The notes below the pieces were generated by a model. It was not told where the DNA came from and did not search any database. It worked only from the letters and a program-made list of their open reading frames with translations. A program made the position numbers and the translations under genes. A stretch of 52,315 nucleotides of DNA, the filler included, from Sphacelaria rigidula (lineage: Eukaryota), in the NCBI GenBank assembly GCA_964200075.2. It is 4 parts of 4 records of this genome, joined end to end, with 100 filler letters (N's around TTAATTAATTAA, not from the genome) between each part and the next. Parts side by side here need not be neighbours in the genome. Positions count along the whole stretch, not along the records: positions 1 to 13,005 come from CAXNAA020003236.1; positions 13,106 to 26,109 come from CAXNAA020003237.1; 2 more parts are not named here. One strand, 5' to 3'. Below, piece by piece: positions 1-13,820 of this stretch (the first letter of the stretch is position 1; each line of letters begins with the position of its first letter).

Positions 1-3000
1 ATCCAAATTTTCAGTGCAGGGTTGACTATGTGCCCATTATTCACCCCGGTGGTCATGGAAGGTATGAAGCGAGTACCTTCGTGTTACACTGAGCCATGCA
101 CAAGCTAAGAAGCTGTATGAATTACAAATGATGTACGACTAGTATGATCTATTCATTGAAATGATGGCTCTGAGTTGACTCACGAGTTGATTTGTCCTAA
201 CCGTGCAATCATTTACCGTACCCGGAAAATTCATACTGGTACCCGACAGTTTTGAAAACTCCAGAACACTTTCATACCCTCATCCGGTAATGGTAAGAGT
301 TCTGTACGCCTCCCGTACCGTTACCAGGGGATCGGGTACGCTCTTGATTACGTACCCTGTTGAGGGTACGGTTTTCTGTGCAGTCTCCATATCGTACCAG
401 ACACTTTTCCGTGAGTTTTGTACACCTCCCATACCCTTGCCCCACAGTTATGCCAGTTATGATTTTCTTTCCTCATTTTCCGCTACATTTTATCGGAAAA
501 TAAGTCAAGTGTTTGTATCTGCGTTACGTCACAGAGATGAACGTGGGGGGAGATGCGCCTCCCTCTGTATGTTGACGGTTCTCATCTTCATTTCATTTCT
601 TCGCGTGTGTTTTCATTTTTAGGTGTACGGGAGTCTGTGCATGAACGACTCAATTTCCACCTCTTGCCACAGATGCCGGGGCATGATATCGACAAACCAC
701 CATACGCCTATGACCACTGTTTGGAGACACGCTCCTGATGCGCGGAAATACTACTGGTGGAAATAATGCGAACAAAAACGGTACTAGTGCTAGTCATTCC
801 ACGATGATTTCACTTATTGAATTAAAACAAATGAATCGTCAGCATCCGGGATTCCTACGGGCGACAGGTATTCCAAGAAGCAGGTGGGGCACAGCACCCA
901 ATCCTCGACTCCTCTATACCGGGTGATCGGACACGGCGTGTCGTTCATCGTGGAATGTTCTGTCCCGTCTCGCTCCCAGCACGTACTTCGATTCCATTCT
1001 AGCTCTGTGTACATGTTGCAAAAAACAGAAACCATTGAGTGCTCAACACGCCGCTGGAGGTGGGTGCTCCCATTCGCTCAGAAGTCCCCGGGCTCCGGTG
1101 AGCTTTCAGCATCCGACTCCTCCTCACTGTCTGCCTCGCTACTATTTGGTTACACCGACAACATGGTGAGGAAATTGGGGCTCCCGGCACAACTGCCGTC
1201 TTCGCCGCTGCGCCCTTGGTTGACACCCGATTCCAAAGTTCCACCGCGTGGGCGACTGCCTCGTAATCGGGAAGATGCCGAAATTGTGGTTCGGGGCCTC
1301 GTGTGTCCAGCGACCGCCGGTGGCACGCGCAGCACAGTAAATTGCCGGAGTGCACGGGATTCGGGACACACCGGATAGGGCGTCGGCCACGCTTCCGTGG
1401 CACCACAATCCGCCTTTCCGCATGATAGCGACACCTGTTTCCGCCTGTTGGGGATGTGCACGTCGGCCTGCCCTGCACGCGGTTCTTCTGTAGAGGTGGG
1501 TGGCGTCGGCAGTTGCCCCCCAAGAGGAATCCCGGCAGCATATCCGCGCTACCTCCTCCTCGCGCTGTAGACTGTCGGCGACTGCGTCGGCGGGTGCCGC
1601 CCGCCAACGATGGTGGGCGCTCGCCGCCGGCGATCAGTGTGCCGTCGCTGGTGATACCCGGCGACGGTTCATCGCCGGAATTGCCATCACGATGAGACCG
1701 CGCCAAGTGGAGCGAACGCCGGACCGCCGCGTCCGTCCTCTAATCCGTCGCCATACAGCCGGGTGCGCAGGGGGGGGGTGTACCGCTCCTACTACTGGAG
1801 CTGGCGGCCCCTCTCCGCCGACGCGCACTGTTCCGCCGCTCTAATCCTTCCCACCTGCATTCGATGGCATACACGATGATAGTAGGAGCAGTATGGATAA
1901 CATCCGGCGCGGGGGGTGCATCATGATCGTCGCATCGACGGTATATCAAACATGCGGGCATGAGTCGCACCCCGTCAACCGTGGGTCACATATTTTTTTG
2001 CCATGGGTCACATAACTGTGGCATATTCGGCAAAAGACAGTCCGTACAGTAGGCCCTACGAAAGATACCCGGTTGCACTATTCTTACTGCACGCAACTCA
2101 TTGTGCGTGGTACAGATCGTAAACGGAACCTAGCGCACGGGCTACGTTTACTGCCGCGCGGATAACTCGAAAGTACACGACTTCCATGTGATGCATGCTG
2201 CACTCATCATATGGTTCGGCGATGGTGATCTCCTTCGCCGACAGGAAGCTGTTGAGAACTACTACACGCCACATAATTTAGGGTAAGGACAAGCGACATT
2301 TCGGCGCACTGAACGATTTTTTTTCTGTTGGATTACGAAGATTCCACCACACCAAAAATCGTTTTGGACCTAAGTAGTTCGCCTCAACCCCCCTTAATTG
2401 ATTTTTCCACAAGACCCCAAAATATCGGTTATCGGAATTTCAATTGTTTGGGCGCATGGTGCTTCGCAATCGCAAGCAGTTGATTGAGGAATACAGCCGT
2501 ACTTACACGAATCGGAGCGGACGCGAATGTTTTATGTTGCGGGGCGTCATGCACAACGCAAATCTCCATCGTGAAGTTCAACGATGAGTTCAATCAAACT
2601 CAAGTTTTATTTACACCCAAATTGTTCCCTGCCATCATACCTGTTCAGGCAACAATGGTGCAATGAATTAAGGAAGGCGACTGGCGTATTTTAGAAATCA
2701 TAGCCTTTCACAAATCCGGCCCGCCTTGTCACAACAGCGGCACACCCGCGCGATCATGGCTGATGAACCGAAATCGATCGACGGCATCGTACGTGGCATC
2801 TCGACTCCGACTTTCGTTTTGGCACTTTCTTCACACACACGACTGCTGGCGCCCGCTTATATGAGCTGAAATGCGTGCATCACTCAAGGAAACGTTATCA
2901 CTCTGCACAACGATATGATCGTACAAGTCAACCTAATAATATCTATTCGTGTGCAACTCGCTGATGCCACAATCATCGCCGTGCGATTGCGGGACAGCAC

Positions 3001-3091
3001 CCTCATCGCTTCGCCGATTAAATGAAGAAAATGTCGATGTACTGGCCGCTGCCGCGCCCAGTTTGAACTCGAATGGCCAGAACTACCAGTC

Positions 3092-3900
3092 AGACCATCT
3101 TTTATGGCAGTCACCAATATCCTTTTTCGAGCATCGGGGGAAAAAAAGCGGGGAACGCATTTTATGGACACCGATTTGGACCGAATCGGGGGAGACAAAA
3201 TCGGGGTGTCACGATTTCAGAATGATTTCTCCTCGATTTTTTTGAGGTGACGTACGTGCATTGACGTACTATGGTAGGGTACGAGACGTTCGATACTTGA
3301 GCAGCCGCAGCAGCAGCCAGTCTCGTGACAGTGCGCAGTACGTGCCTGCCCTTGCCAGCTACCGAAGCAGCTTCGCACGGGGTTTGGCAAGCGGATAAAA
3401 AGTGCTGACGCCGTACGCTGTGGCGATGGTAATATTTTATGCGGCGCTGTGCTGCCACATGTATCACTATAACGAATGGTACTGTACTCTCCCAGCCTGT
3501 TGTCGCTGTACTCGCGGGGTGATAAATAGCCCTGCATTGCTGAACGCTGCTCGCGCTCTGTTTGTTCGCTGTTTTCGCAATACCGACTGTGCCATCATGT
3601 ACTACCCATCATGTATTGCACTGATGGAATGTCCTGCACTGTATTACCCTAGTGTACCGAGGTACGACACTGTACTCGAAGGATTATCCACTGCCTGCCT
3701 GCTCTTCGGCTTCATGCACGAGTACGCAGTACCACACTCATGCAGAAAATGATCGTCTGTGTACCGAACTGTTTCACAAGTCTGTGATACTGTCTGTACC
3801 ATACAACGATCCCCCCGATTTTGAGTTCACGAATTTGAGTCCCCTCGATCAAAATCGGGGCCTCGAAAAAATCAAGATTCCTTGCCATAAAAGTTGGTCT
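3092..3900. mobile_element. ~0.8-kb TIR element (family B), copy 1
   Basis: TIR AGACCA(T/A)CTTTTATGGCA. Colinear with 19359-20216. Confidence 0.75.
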
Positions 3901-4697
3901 CACAGACCCACGTTTTTCATTTATTTTGTTGTGCTTGACCTTTCTTCTGCGGTGCTTTCCTTACTTTTTATCGGAGAACGGTTCAATGGTGTATTGTAGC
4001 GGGCCCTTCTGTCGTCGACCATAAAGACTCGAATTTTGTATCTTGTGTACGAGCTGTAGATTGCAGGCCCATTCTCACCTCAATTTTTAGAGTTTGACTT
4101 TCAATATTGGGATGGATAATGAAGAGGGCACTAATAGAAGAAATAATCTTGACCGGTCGCCCCGGTGGCTCAGTCGGTAACCTCCAAACCTTCTGCGGCC
4201 GTATCTTTACCAAAGGAATATCGACTCGAAAACATGTGGTCGAGTCGAATTGGTCATGAAGTTAGCTCGTATCTCATATATCCCGGGCATTCATGTTCTC
4301 AGATGGCTCCAAGTCCATCATAATTATTTGCGCGCGACGGGCAGGGTGAAAAACAGAAATGCTAAGCTTTTTCAGCTGAAAACAAGCGGCGGAAACGAAC
4401 GAAGGGGCACATGACTCCTGTACTCTTACGCCCAGTATAATTTACCACTTGAGACGGGTGAGCAGCTCCGAGTTAGTCCGACTTGCTTTTAGTGTGAACA
4501 CAGAAATCCGGATCTTTAATCGGGCTGTGCTCCAAGCGTGCTCCTGGCGTGAGCAGAACGTGTTTTTTGTCTAAACCGGCGCTTGGGGCGCCGAGTTGAT
4601 GCCTGGCAACGCAGAGTTTGTCTAGCGAACACTCTGCACCCCCCTTGCCCGAGGGTTCTCGGTGTGCTTTCGTTTGGGTTAGGGTTAGGGTAAGTGT

Positions 4698-5150
4698 TAC
4701 GAGCTGGGCCAGCCCCAAAACGGATTTAAGCTCTCAAAGCAATATCTCATTGACACAGTCGAGTTGGGCCGTGATCCATATCATATTAATCGTCTAATCA
4801 AGGCGAAGGTGCCCATCTGCTCGAAATTTTGGCCAATATTTTTTCGTTGTTTGACCCCCATGTCTGGTAATTCCTACACCGTACGGAGAAAGCGTCCACA
4901 CTAAAATCTAGATGAAACCCCGAACGATACATTCAGCGGATGATGACGATTTCTGGTGTGGACCTTCCCTGGAGCATGGGGAGACGATATATACCCTTAC
5001 CATCACCTAATTCGTAGTTCATCTCTAGACATGGCGCACAACATTTTCTATACTAAAATCGATACATTACGAACAGAGGCACTAGATGTCCTAAATCTGG
5101 ACATCGCGTCTCAGTTTTCGAGAGTTGTGCCATGAAATGTCGTATAGAGA
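4698..5150 (+). repeat. Dispersed repeat family A (GAGCTGGGCCAGCC..AAAACGGATTTAAGCTC)
   Basis: Further copies at ~38446-38680, 39145-39213 and 39978-42500 (the last one interrupted). Confidence 0.8.
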
Positions 5151-5486
5151 ACCGCTAGTGCATAATAAGACAAAAATAAACAGTGTTACCTTTTTTCATT
5201 TCTTTCCATTTCTTTTTATTTGTTTCGTGTTTTCAGTGGAGTTTTGAGGGAAAATGAACATTGCTTTCAGGCCTTATCTCAATTTTTCAGCTCAATTTTT
5301 AGAATCGTGATTTGAAACTTAGCATGGAGAACCACGAAGGTGTGCAGCAGAATGCGGACCCTGCTGGCGGTGGACCTTTGCTGGCGGTGGATCTCCGCAA
5401 ACCAAAACAGACATGGAAGTAAAAACAGGGGGTTCGAAAAGTTTAGGATTGCTTCCTTCTTCAGGATACAACACTATTTTTTAAAG

Positions 5487-5846
5487 TTGCCGCATTTTCT
5501 ACAAATGAGCACTGGCGGTTTAATTTCGTTGATTGGTGGTGTGCAATACGATCGCATTGTAAAGTATGGGGAGTACACACCGAAAATTCGGGATCCTTGG
5601 AGAAACAAGATTTTGGATATTTACGGCGAGAGGCACCGGATATTCGAGGTCCTAGAGCAGAACAAGCTTTTGGATATTTACGACAAAAGCATTGGCCGAT
5701 AATGTCCAAATTCTTGCCTCTGCTCTGGGACCCCCAAGTATCCGGTTTATACCCCCCATACTTTGCAGTGCGATCGAATTCCCCAACATCAATTAATGGA
5801 TCCAAAAGTCACACTGCCGTTCTTTCTCTGCAGGAAGATGCGGCAA
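5487..5846. repeat. Degenerate foldback element with internal ~42-bp tandem unit
   Basis: CGATCGCATTGTAAAGTATGGGG pairs with CCCCATACTTTGCAGTGCGATCG. AACAAG.TTTTGGATATTTACG occurs twice. Confidence 0.6.
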
Positions 5847-6749
5847 TTTTCCAAATTCGTGTTTCATCTCAAGACTAACTCTTACGGGAGCCGTTCAATA
5901 TTTTATTTTCTGAAAAATATTGACGACGTTTTTTGGCTGCCACGATTTTGAAGGGAGTAATATATATATATATATATATATATGGCACAAACTCGGAGTT
6001 GTACATAAATTAAGTTGGCGTGACCTGCGAGTTGTGCACCGGTGCAACAAACAGCACCCGAAGGAGACATGACAGCTGCACAGTAAACAGTATTTTGTGC
6101 CTTCTAAAATGCTGTAGAGATCGGACCACATTGGCACTATACAGCAACGCAGGCAATCTCCAGCGTAGATCAAACCGTGTTCGTCGGGTTCAAACGCATC
6201 ACAACAGCGACAACTACAGCATAGACATGATGGGTGCGGGCATAAAGCGCGCTGTTGGTTTTGCGAGCACATATCGCAGCCAGTAAGTACACAATGATGG
6301 TGGGATTTTCGGCAGTCTGGACTTGTGTACCAACTGGTACACAACAACAGTACAGCAGTTCACGCCATCCTCAGCGCACATCAACCTGTCCTCGCACGGT
6401 TCAAACACACCACTCTACCGTGTCAGCTACAGCGCAGGATTGCTGTGTCTGGACTGTATCGGGCATGGGGGCGACCAGCAGCCCATTCCGCATAAATAAG
6501 GTTTGAAGAATAATACAAATAAAAATGTTCAGTTCGAACTGACACGGTCGTACCATAACAGACATTTCTGCATCAGGTCATAGCGAATCGACACAAGAAT
6601 CAAGCTCATAATTAATCAATTGCTTGAGAAATACGGGCTGGACTGTCGTGCGCTGTATCGGTCGCCGTTTACGTTGTAGTCACGGTGTGAACAACCCTGC
6701 CGTGGGGGTGACTTGACAGTTGGCTGAGAAAATGTACATAAATTTCTCG

Positions 6750-9300
6750 TTCCGCGCCGGCAAACTTCTCTAAACCCAAACCGCCAAAAGAAGCGAAAAT
6801 GGATAGAATATTCTCCGCCGCTTTGTCTTGCCTTGTCACTCGATGGTCGTCGGAATAATATCGCACCCTGGGTTCCGTGTGTGTGACCAAGCTCCGTCCT
6901 AGAACGCTTCAGCCGAGGCTCCAATGACTGGCGCGGCCTCACCTCTAGCTGGACCGCGACGCCAGAAAGGTACAGCTTTTCCTGTATCTTGAGCTTTGCC
7001 CAAAAGCGATACAAACGTCACTAAAAACGGCCCTGTTAGATGTTGGCGCTCACAGCAGAAACATGATACGTCCAACTTTAATCTTGGTGACTCGACAACC
7101 GCGATGGCATTCGGAACCAAACCAGATGTTTTCGAACGGCGTCATTGTTGGTGGTAGCTGCCTCTTTGCAGCTATGACCGTACACCAGGTCTAGGGCAGC
7201 TGAACGTTCGGGTAATTTGACTCCTGAATCATCATAACATCTCTGAGCAGTAGCACGAGGCTATGAGTCCGGGTAATATGATGACATTACCCTGTCCCAA
7301 GATCGTTTCAGTTGGCTTTGGCTGCAGTGATCGGGCCGTCAGAATATAATAGTGGTCCAGATCGCTCCACTGTAATACAGCGCTTTGCACAAACCATCTT
7401 GTACGTCTCAACTATTTTATCTCGCGTATCACCCCAACTTATTTCTCGATTCGAGGTCCTCACCAGTGTGACGCAAATGGGCAAATGATTTCCTGAATTT
7501 CGGACCGTTCTGCCTGATTTATCTGTGCTGCTTGTGTTACACGGCACTCTACTATAAAGTGCTGTACAAACCGTTTGTTTCGTCTCTTTGTGCGTGACTT
7601 TTCGAGGGCACGTCGCGGGGGTCGCCGATTTTTGTAGCCTCTTCAGGGGGTAGCCTCGGGTGGAGTCGACCAACCACATTGATTTTTATCATAGCCTGAC
7701 GAACATGTCAAATATCGCCCTGAAAAAAATGTCCTGTCGATTTTTTTCGTGTTTCGAAGGCAGAGGTTCATGTCGTCGAGACTTCGGGACTAGTTCGAGA
7801 ACTCGGTGTCAATGATTTAAAAACGTGAATCCTTTTGAGCAATCACATCTAGATGTCGGTGTGACGAACGCAAAATACTCACAGGCAGCGCGTGCTGGTC
7901 TCGAGACATATCCCACAATGGAGAAAGAACATGAGTTGTACCCATCCATACAGCTAATTGTATTTATGCCTTGAAACTGTGAGCTCGGGTCGTGAAAAAT
8001 GTAAAAAAATGTGTATGAGCTCGGTGCGGGTCCGCCATTTTTGTCGATTGAAGTCACGTCACGTAGGTCGTTATCCAGCATCCGGGATCGCAACGCTCGT
8101 ACCGCCGTCGTGCCGTGGCGTTCTCACGACACAAACGACCAATTGCAGTCATTTCGAGAAAAGCATATATTGAAACTATAATAGGTAGGAGCGCAATGAT
8201 GCCCTGCATGTTGCGGTTTTCGGTTGTTTGATTGGTTGTTGCACTTTGACCGATCCCGGAGGGACCGAGCCATGCTCATAAGATAGATACACGTAACCAC
8301 AGTATGCAAGATGGAAACACGCTTGCTCAAGAACAAAAAAAGCGCGGGAGAAGAAGATGGAACACACAAAGGGAGTAAAGTAAAACAAAAATCAGAAGAA
8401 CAAGAAGGAAACAACGCAGGAAAATAGAGGAACGGAACGGAGAACAACTAGCATGGAAAGGGAGACAGACAAGGTCAGCCCCTGCAGCATTGCTTCAGGT
8501 GAAAATGGCCTTGAGAAGAAAAAAAACGGGAAAAAAGCGCATGCACCCATCCATACACAGGAAACAGTAATGGGGCCATGGGAGAAGATCGCGGCTTGGG
8601 TCATATTAGCGGGAATGATTTGTCGCCCATGAGCGCTACGGAAGGAAGGCACCAAACCGTTACTGTATAACACCGAGAAGGGAGCAACAGCACAAGAGAC
8701 AAGACACGGACAGAAACACAAACACACAGAAAAAGAGAGATGAAGGAAGCGAGAGCAGAGAAGAAAGGAAACACGGAAGCGACGAAACCAGATAACACCG
8801 CAGGACCACAGGCCAAGGAAAAAGACGATAATCCATGATATAGGACAGGGGTGGATCAGTTTCCGTGTTATCCCAATTTCCCCCAGTAATTCCTACTCGG
8901 ATACAGAGCGGGACACCCCCTTGACAATTTCCATCCTGCGTTTCCTCGCGAACTATTTTTGTAGTGTCAGCGGTGGCGACTCTCCGATTGGAATTTGTTT
9001 TCGCATCGTTGCGTCTCCTCGACGTCTTGTGCCCCTTTCTCGACTCCAACATGCAATTTGCCACGTTTTTCGCTGCAATGACCCAATCGTGCGCATTTAT
9101 ATCACTGCACCGCAGACAAACCATTTCTATCGTGCTCCTTTGCGTAAAAGAGCCCCTAGTGCACGTAGGTTCTCCGCGCCATCCCCAGTGTTTGGGGTCC
9201 GGCCAGCCTTCTGGTCCCTTCTTCGGCTCACCACTCGAAAATAATGCACCCTGGACGCGTTTTGTCCTGCCGGACAAGGCTCCCGCATCAATGTGATGAG
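6750..9300 (-). pseudogene. Degenerate hAT-like transposase relic
   Basis: Fragments lie in the expected order on the minus strand: Cys/His N-terminal piece (VCLRC...H, ~9100), a CxxH-like CVRH (~7865), and a C-terminal dimerisation-like piece (FWAKLKIQEKLYLSGVA..., APVIGASAE, ~6900-7010). Many frameshifts, interrupted by a purine-rich tract at 8330-8830. Confidence 0.45.
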
Positions 9301-10024
9301 AAAAACGAAGTCCACGCTGTCGCGCACATATATGGTCCGGGACAAATAGTGCAGTAGTGCAACAGTAGGGCGGTACCCATGTTGGTGTCAAATCAAATTA
9401 TTCTGAAGTGTCAGGGCTAATGCTATGCTGTATTGGTTGCGGGGAAGAGGGTTTGTCTCCTTGTAATCGTGATGCCAAGAGAGGACTGGGCAGGTGCCGC
9501 CCTCAAGCTTGGAGATTCATGGTTGAATCGCATTTTAGTACAATGACTGAAAATTACTACACATTGCCATTGATCGCCTATTTCGTTCCGCAATGACGTA
9601 TTACGTAGCCACGAGGGCGGCCATAAAACGTTCGTCTCAAATTACAGAATACCAACAGCCGAAATTTTTGAACAATCCCCTGCAGGCACGTCAGCCCTCG
9701 TGATGCGGAGTGGGCTGTCAATCAAAATAGCCGGATACTGTCCAACTGTGCTAAATTTCACTGTTTACCTACTTTCTTATCGCCGGCAGAGAGGGGGATT
9801 TTCCCGCCACTTACGTAGTGTGATCCACGGCACTGTAGTGTAAAGATTTTGGGTCGTTCTCCAATCCTTCGCCAAAGAGTGTTTTGGGCAAAATTTGCGT
9901 TGACAAAGCTTAAAATAATCACCTGGCTCCGCGTGCGCAAATTTCCCCAAATTTTCTTGTCTGCTCATGATCGCCGTCGACCCCTCATCACCATTCGTGT
10001 CCCGCATAATCAATTATTCTCCAG

Positions 10025-10207
10025 TTTCTGCATCGCCAAAGGGCAAGATAAATGCGTGTACAGCAAGAGGCTAGCTCACAAGACCAAGCCACAACCTGCG
10101 GCAAAGTCTGCTGCTAGGAGAGGAAAATCACGTCTGCTGACCTCTGGCGAGTGGTCGCCTTTGCAGCTCAATCGGCCTGCTGCTGAACGAGTCGAGACGC
10201 TGAAAAG
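10025..10207 (+). CDS. Putative isolated exon encoding the second half of a Zn2Cys6 binuclear-cluster domain
   Basis: ttctccag acceptor and AG|gtgagc donor, symmetric phase 2. (S)FCIAKGQDKCVYSKR fits the C-x6-C-x-Y end of a Zn2Cys6 cluster. Partner exons were not found. Confidence 0.4.
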
Positions 10208-11528
10208 GTGAGCCTACTAGCCTTAAACTTGTCACCTAGGATACCATATCGTTCGATCCGAGTGCACCACGCTATCCCGTAAATGTTTGAAATATAGCTA
10301 CGTACACTGTAACCTTCGGGTAGGAATCAACTCCCACATATCCCAAGTATCAAGGAGCAAAGTAGTGGAGTATGGAGCTGCGGTGGAGCGTTGGATGGGT
10401 GGACACAGCACTTCAATTCAGGGCGGTTCCGCGTGGTAGAAACGTAGTGCAGGCCAAAATCTCGTAGGTCCAATTCTGGCTTGAATCGCGTAAAATAATC
10501 ATATTCCGACTGTTCATTTGGAGGAGCCGAATCCGAGGTGACTTTCGCAATATCGCCCCTTACTTCACTGAAAGAGGACGAGTTCACATATGAGATTGTC
10601 AATTAGGGGTATCCAACACCGAATATAGAAAAATGCAACATGAAAAATCGCATCTACGCTATCGAACTACTGGGGGCGGGCATGACGCTCGTCAATATTG
10701 GATCAAGTCCGGTTTCGAAAACGCCAAGTGAAGTTTTGTCTCTCGGATCGACGGGTCCTGACCAATTCATTTGAATTTAGAACCACTTGTGGGGTAATGT
10801 TGTCCCGCTTTTGTTTCGGCTGATGCAGTCCATTTCAAGACGTTCCCCACCCCCAAACGAGTAGGAATACACACTCCTAGGCAATGATTCAATACCAAAT
10901 CCTTTACAATAAATGAGGCGGCGTTGGAGGGAATTACCCTCCTCGACGGGGGGTGTGGCTTACGATCCACGTCCCCCCCTCACGCGTAGGTATAGAAATA
11001 ACAATAGAAAGCGAATGCAGTAAAAACAAATATGAAGATGAAACATGAATCAAGAATCGATAATTTGGTGTATGGTACGTATAACTATGTAGGAAACATC
11101 ATAGTGCGTTGGTGATGACTCGTGTGCAGGTTGGGCCCGTTGGTTGTGCCAGGGGGTTGAAAGTAGCTGTCCCCGGGGGACATGTCCACCGTTTTGTCCT
11201 GCAGCAAACCAACGGTGGTGCTCGTGACCGTGCCTAGTGGTGGATAGTAAGGGTATTAATGCTTTGACGATACCTCACAAGCGTTCGAAAGCATTGTGTA
11301 GTCCGCCCGCAAACGGCGAATACGCCGAATAACACCCCCAGGTAAGGGTGCTTGAGCAGGAGATATGCTTATCTCATTGTCGGGGAGGGGGAAAATACCC
11401 GTTTCGAAGCAGCAAGTTGAATACATCCGTTCCAGAGACATCCGCATCTTCCGGGGCATCGCAATTCGTAGTCAGGCGCTACGGTAGATTCTGATCACAG
11501 CACGTGCTTGAGGGGGGGGGGGGGGGGG

Positions 11529-12067
11529 GTACTCATTTGTTGCTTGCCATAGTCGTTTGACCATTGACCACGCATCCCTTTCGAGACACAGCACTGTTCG
11601 TACTCCTGATAAAGACACTTCCTACATTTGGGCGCTCGTTACGTTTATTTCATATATTACACAATGACTTTTTCCGTATCTTGTCCCCTTACTGATTCGT
11701 CATCTGTGGCCACCATCTATCTTCTACTGTCTAAATGCATCAAACATTTTCATGCCACCTTCGTTAACTTTCCACATTTCCCCCAACACGTCCCGTTCCT
11801 ACTTGTATCACTCACATTCTGCCACTATATGAGTTATACTCTCCATTGCTTGGCCACAGGGACACTTTTGTGCATCTAGGTTCCTCCTCCACTCGATTCC
11901 TCATATATATCTTCCTTCTCTCTGGGAGGTCTAGGTCTTCCACCGGAAATCGCAGTTTCAATTTTTCGCAGAGTCCATCGGGACATGCACATGTGTTTTT
12001 ATCCCTATCCCCTCGAAAGGGATGCGTGGTCAATGGTCAAACGACTGAGGCAAGCAACAAATGAGTA
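11529..12067. mobile_element. MITE-like unit bounded by ~57-bp inverted copies of a high-copy repeat
   Basis: GTACTCATTTGTTGCTTGCC..AGTCGTTTGACCATTGACCACGCATCCCTTTCGAG and its reverse complement. The motif recurs at ~17815, 20387-20580 (three in tandem), 32991 and 51588. Confidence 0.7.
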
Positions 12068-13005
12068 CGAGACCAACAAAAAAACCACAAAACACACACA
12101 CAACNNNNNNNNNNTTTTTTTTTTCTTCCCCCCCCGAAAGGGGGGGGGGGCGTGGGTCAAACCCACCGGCAAAAAACAAAAAAAACAACCCCCCCCCCCC
12201 CCCCCCCCCCCCTCCTCTCTCAAACCAACCCAGCTACTTTTGAACACAATCATTAGGCTTGGTAGATGCTGATGTATACTCTACAGACAGCACTGACAGT
12301 ACCGCACCGCCAACAATGCCGCCAAGTACATGCTGGTACAGTACTCGCGAGATATGACCATGCACAGAAAGACATCTTGCCTCCAGAAATCACTTCCCCT
12401 TTCTAGGCCAAATTTCGGCCAGGTATACGTGTTCTAGGAATCATTTTTCAATCGTACTTTATCTTGGCCACCAGTCGGCCCAGAAAGTACCTATCCTGGG
12501 CCATCGCTTCTCACACAGTACCATGGCGCCCACACATTCGGCTCTTTTTTCGCCCATTCGCCGTCCACGAACGCCACGACGACCACATATTACTAACCCT
12601 AACGCCACAAACGAGCAGGTGAACCTTTTCTAGGCCATTGCCCAAAATAAGTTGACCCTCAGGTCGCTCACCTTTAAGAAAGAAAAAGAAAAGGGTTGAT
12701 GGTTTTGTACCTACTATGCAAGGCTAGAGTGTGTTCGCCTTTGTCTCTGTCCTTCACCCTTTGGGCGGCAAGAAGGGGCGGTCGCCTGGGCGGATGAACC
12801 ACGTATAAAGATGAAGCGTTCTGGTGTGATGAGTGGGGATATAGGGACGTCTTTTTTCTTGAGGTGGCGAGTACATGATAAACAAGCATCTTGATTTCAA
12901 TCCTCGCCCCTACACATCATGGATACCTCAAAAGGAGGAACGGGACGTGCTAGAGGGGGAAATGTGAGACGTGAACAAATGTGGCATGAAATCGTTTGAT
13001 GCATT

Positions 13006-13105
13006 NNNNNNNNNNNNNNNNNNNNNNNNNNNNNNNNNNNNNNNNNNNNTTAATTAATTAANNNNNNNNNNNNNNNNNNNNNNNNNNNNNNNNNNNNNNN
13101 NNNNN
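13006..13105. other. Scaffold gap with artificial TTAATTAATTAA linker (also at ~26110-26209 and ~39214-39313)
   Basis: An identical N-run/linker/N-run structure occurs three times. Confidence 0.95.
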
Positions 13106-13820
13106 CTTTCCTTTCGTAGCTCATTACGTTTCTTCCATATATTACACAAGAACCTTTTACATATCTTATCCCGGTTCTGTTCATAGTGGGGGTATTTACT
13201 CGCATCGCTCGATGACACCAACCAACACCGACTCGGGCACTGTGTTTCGCTGATGATCTGTTCATTGTACCAAAATCTGTCGACGCTGGCAATTTTTAGT
13301 GCTATCGGAGAGCAGGGCGCGAGGAAAACCTCACAACATCCCTAAATAGTTAAATTGCCCACTACTTTGAGATGGGGGTGACCTGCTAAATTATCACACA
13401 CTTTTAACTTGCCCGACAACGTTGAACGTGAACGCTCGAATGCTCGACACATGCACAACTTTCACTGGAAATCGATCAACCTATCGAAAAGATAGTATCT
13501 TGCTGCACTCGGCGTAACGTCTGCGGCGGAACCCCTGGCCAGAGAGATCGACCGCAAATCAAGGAAAGCGACAGATTACTCGTGCGAGAAAAATAAAGGG
13601 GGGACTAGACTGCATGAGCTGGCGAGTCGGTTAGCTTGGAACAACTTCAGACAACATGGAATGGAAAAGGGACACGGAGAAACGCGGCTTTCTACCGAGT
13701 GTTATCAAGTGCCTTGCCTTGGGACAGTCTGGCACTTGTTGCAGTTTTCGAGCATGTATTCCGCGCACCCTCATATCAGCGTACTTTTCTGCTTCAAGAT
13801 CTGTGTTGTTCCGCTTCGTC

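Noticed and set aside
4677-4692. TTAGGG telomere-like repeats
   Set aside because: Only two to three units at a repeat boundary, not a telomeric tract.
11130-11236. Possible exon on either strand
   Set aside because: Neither translation matches TBL3 or the Zn-cluster protein, and there is no convincing donor/acceptor pair.
13050-13061. TTAATTAATTAA palindrome repeated three times in the window
   Set aside because: Always centred in N runs, so it is an assembly linker.
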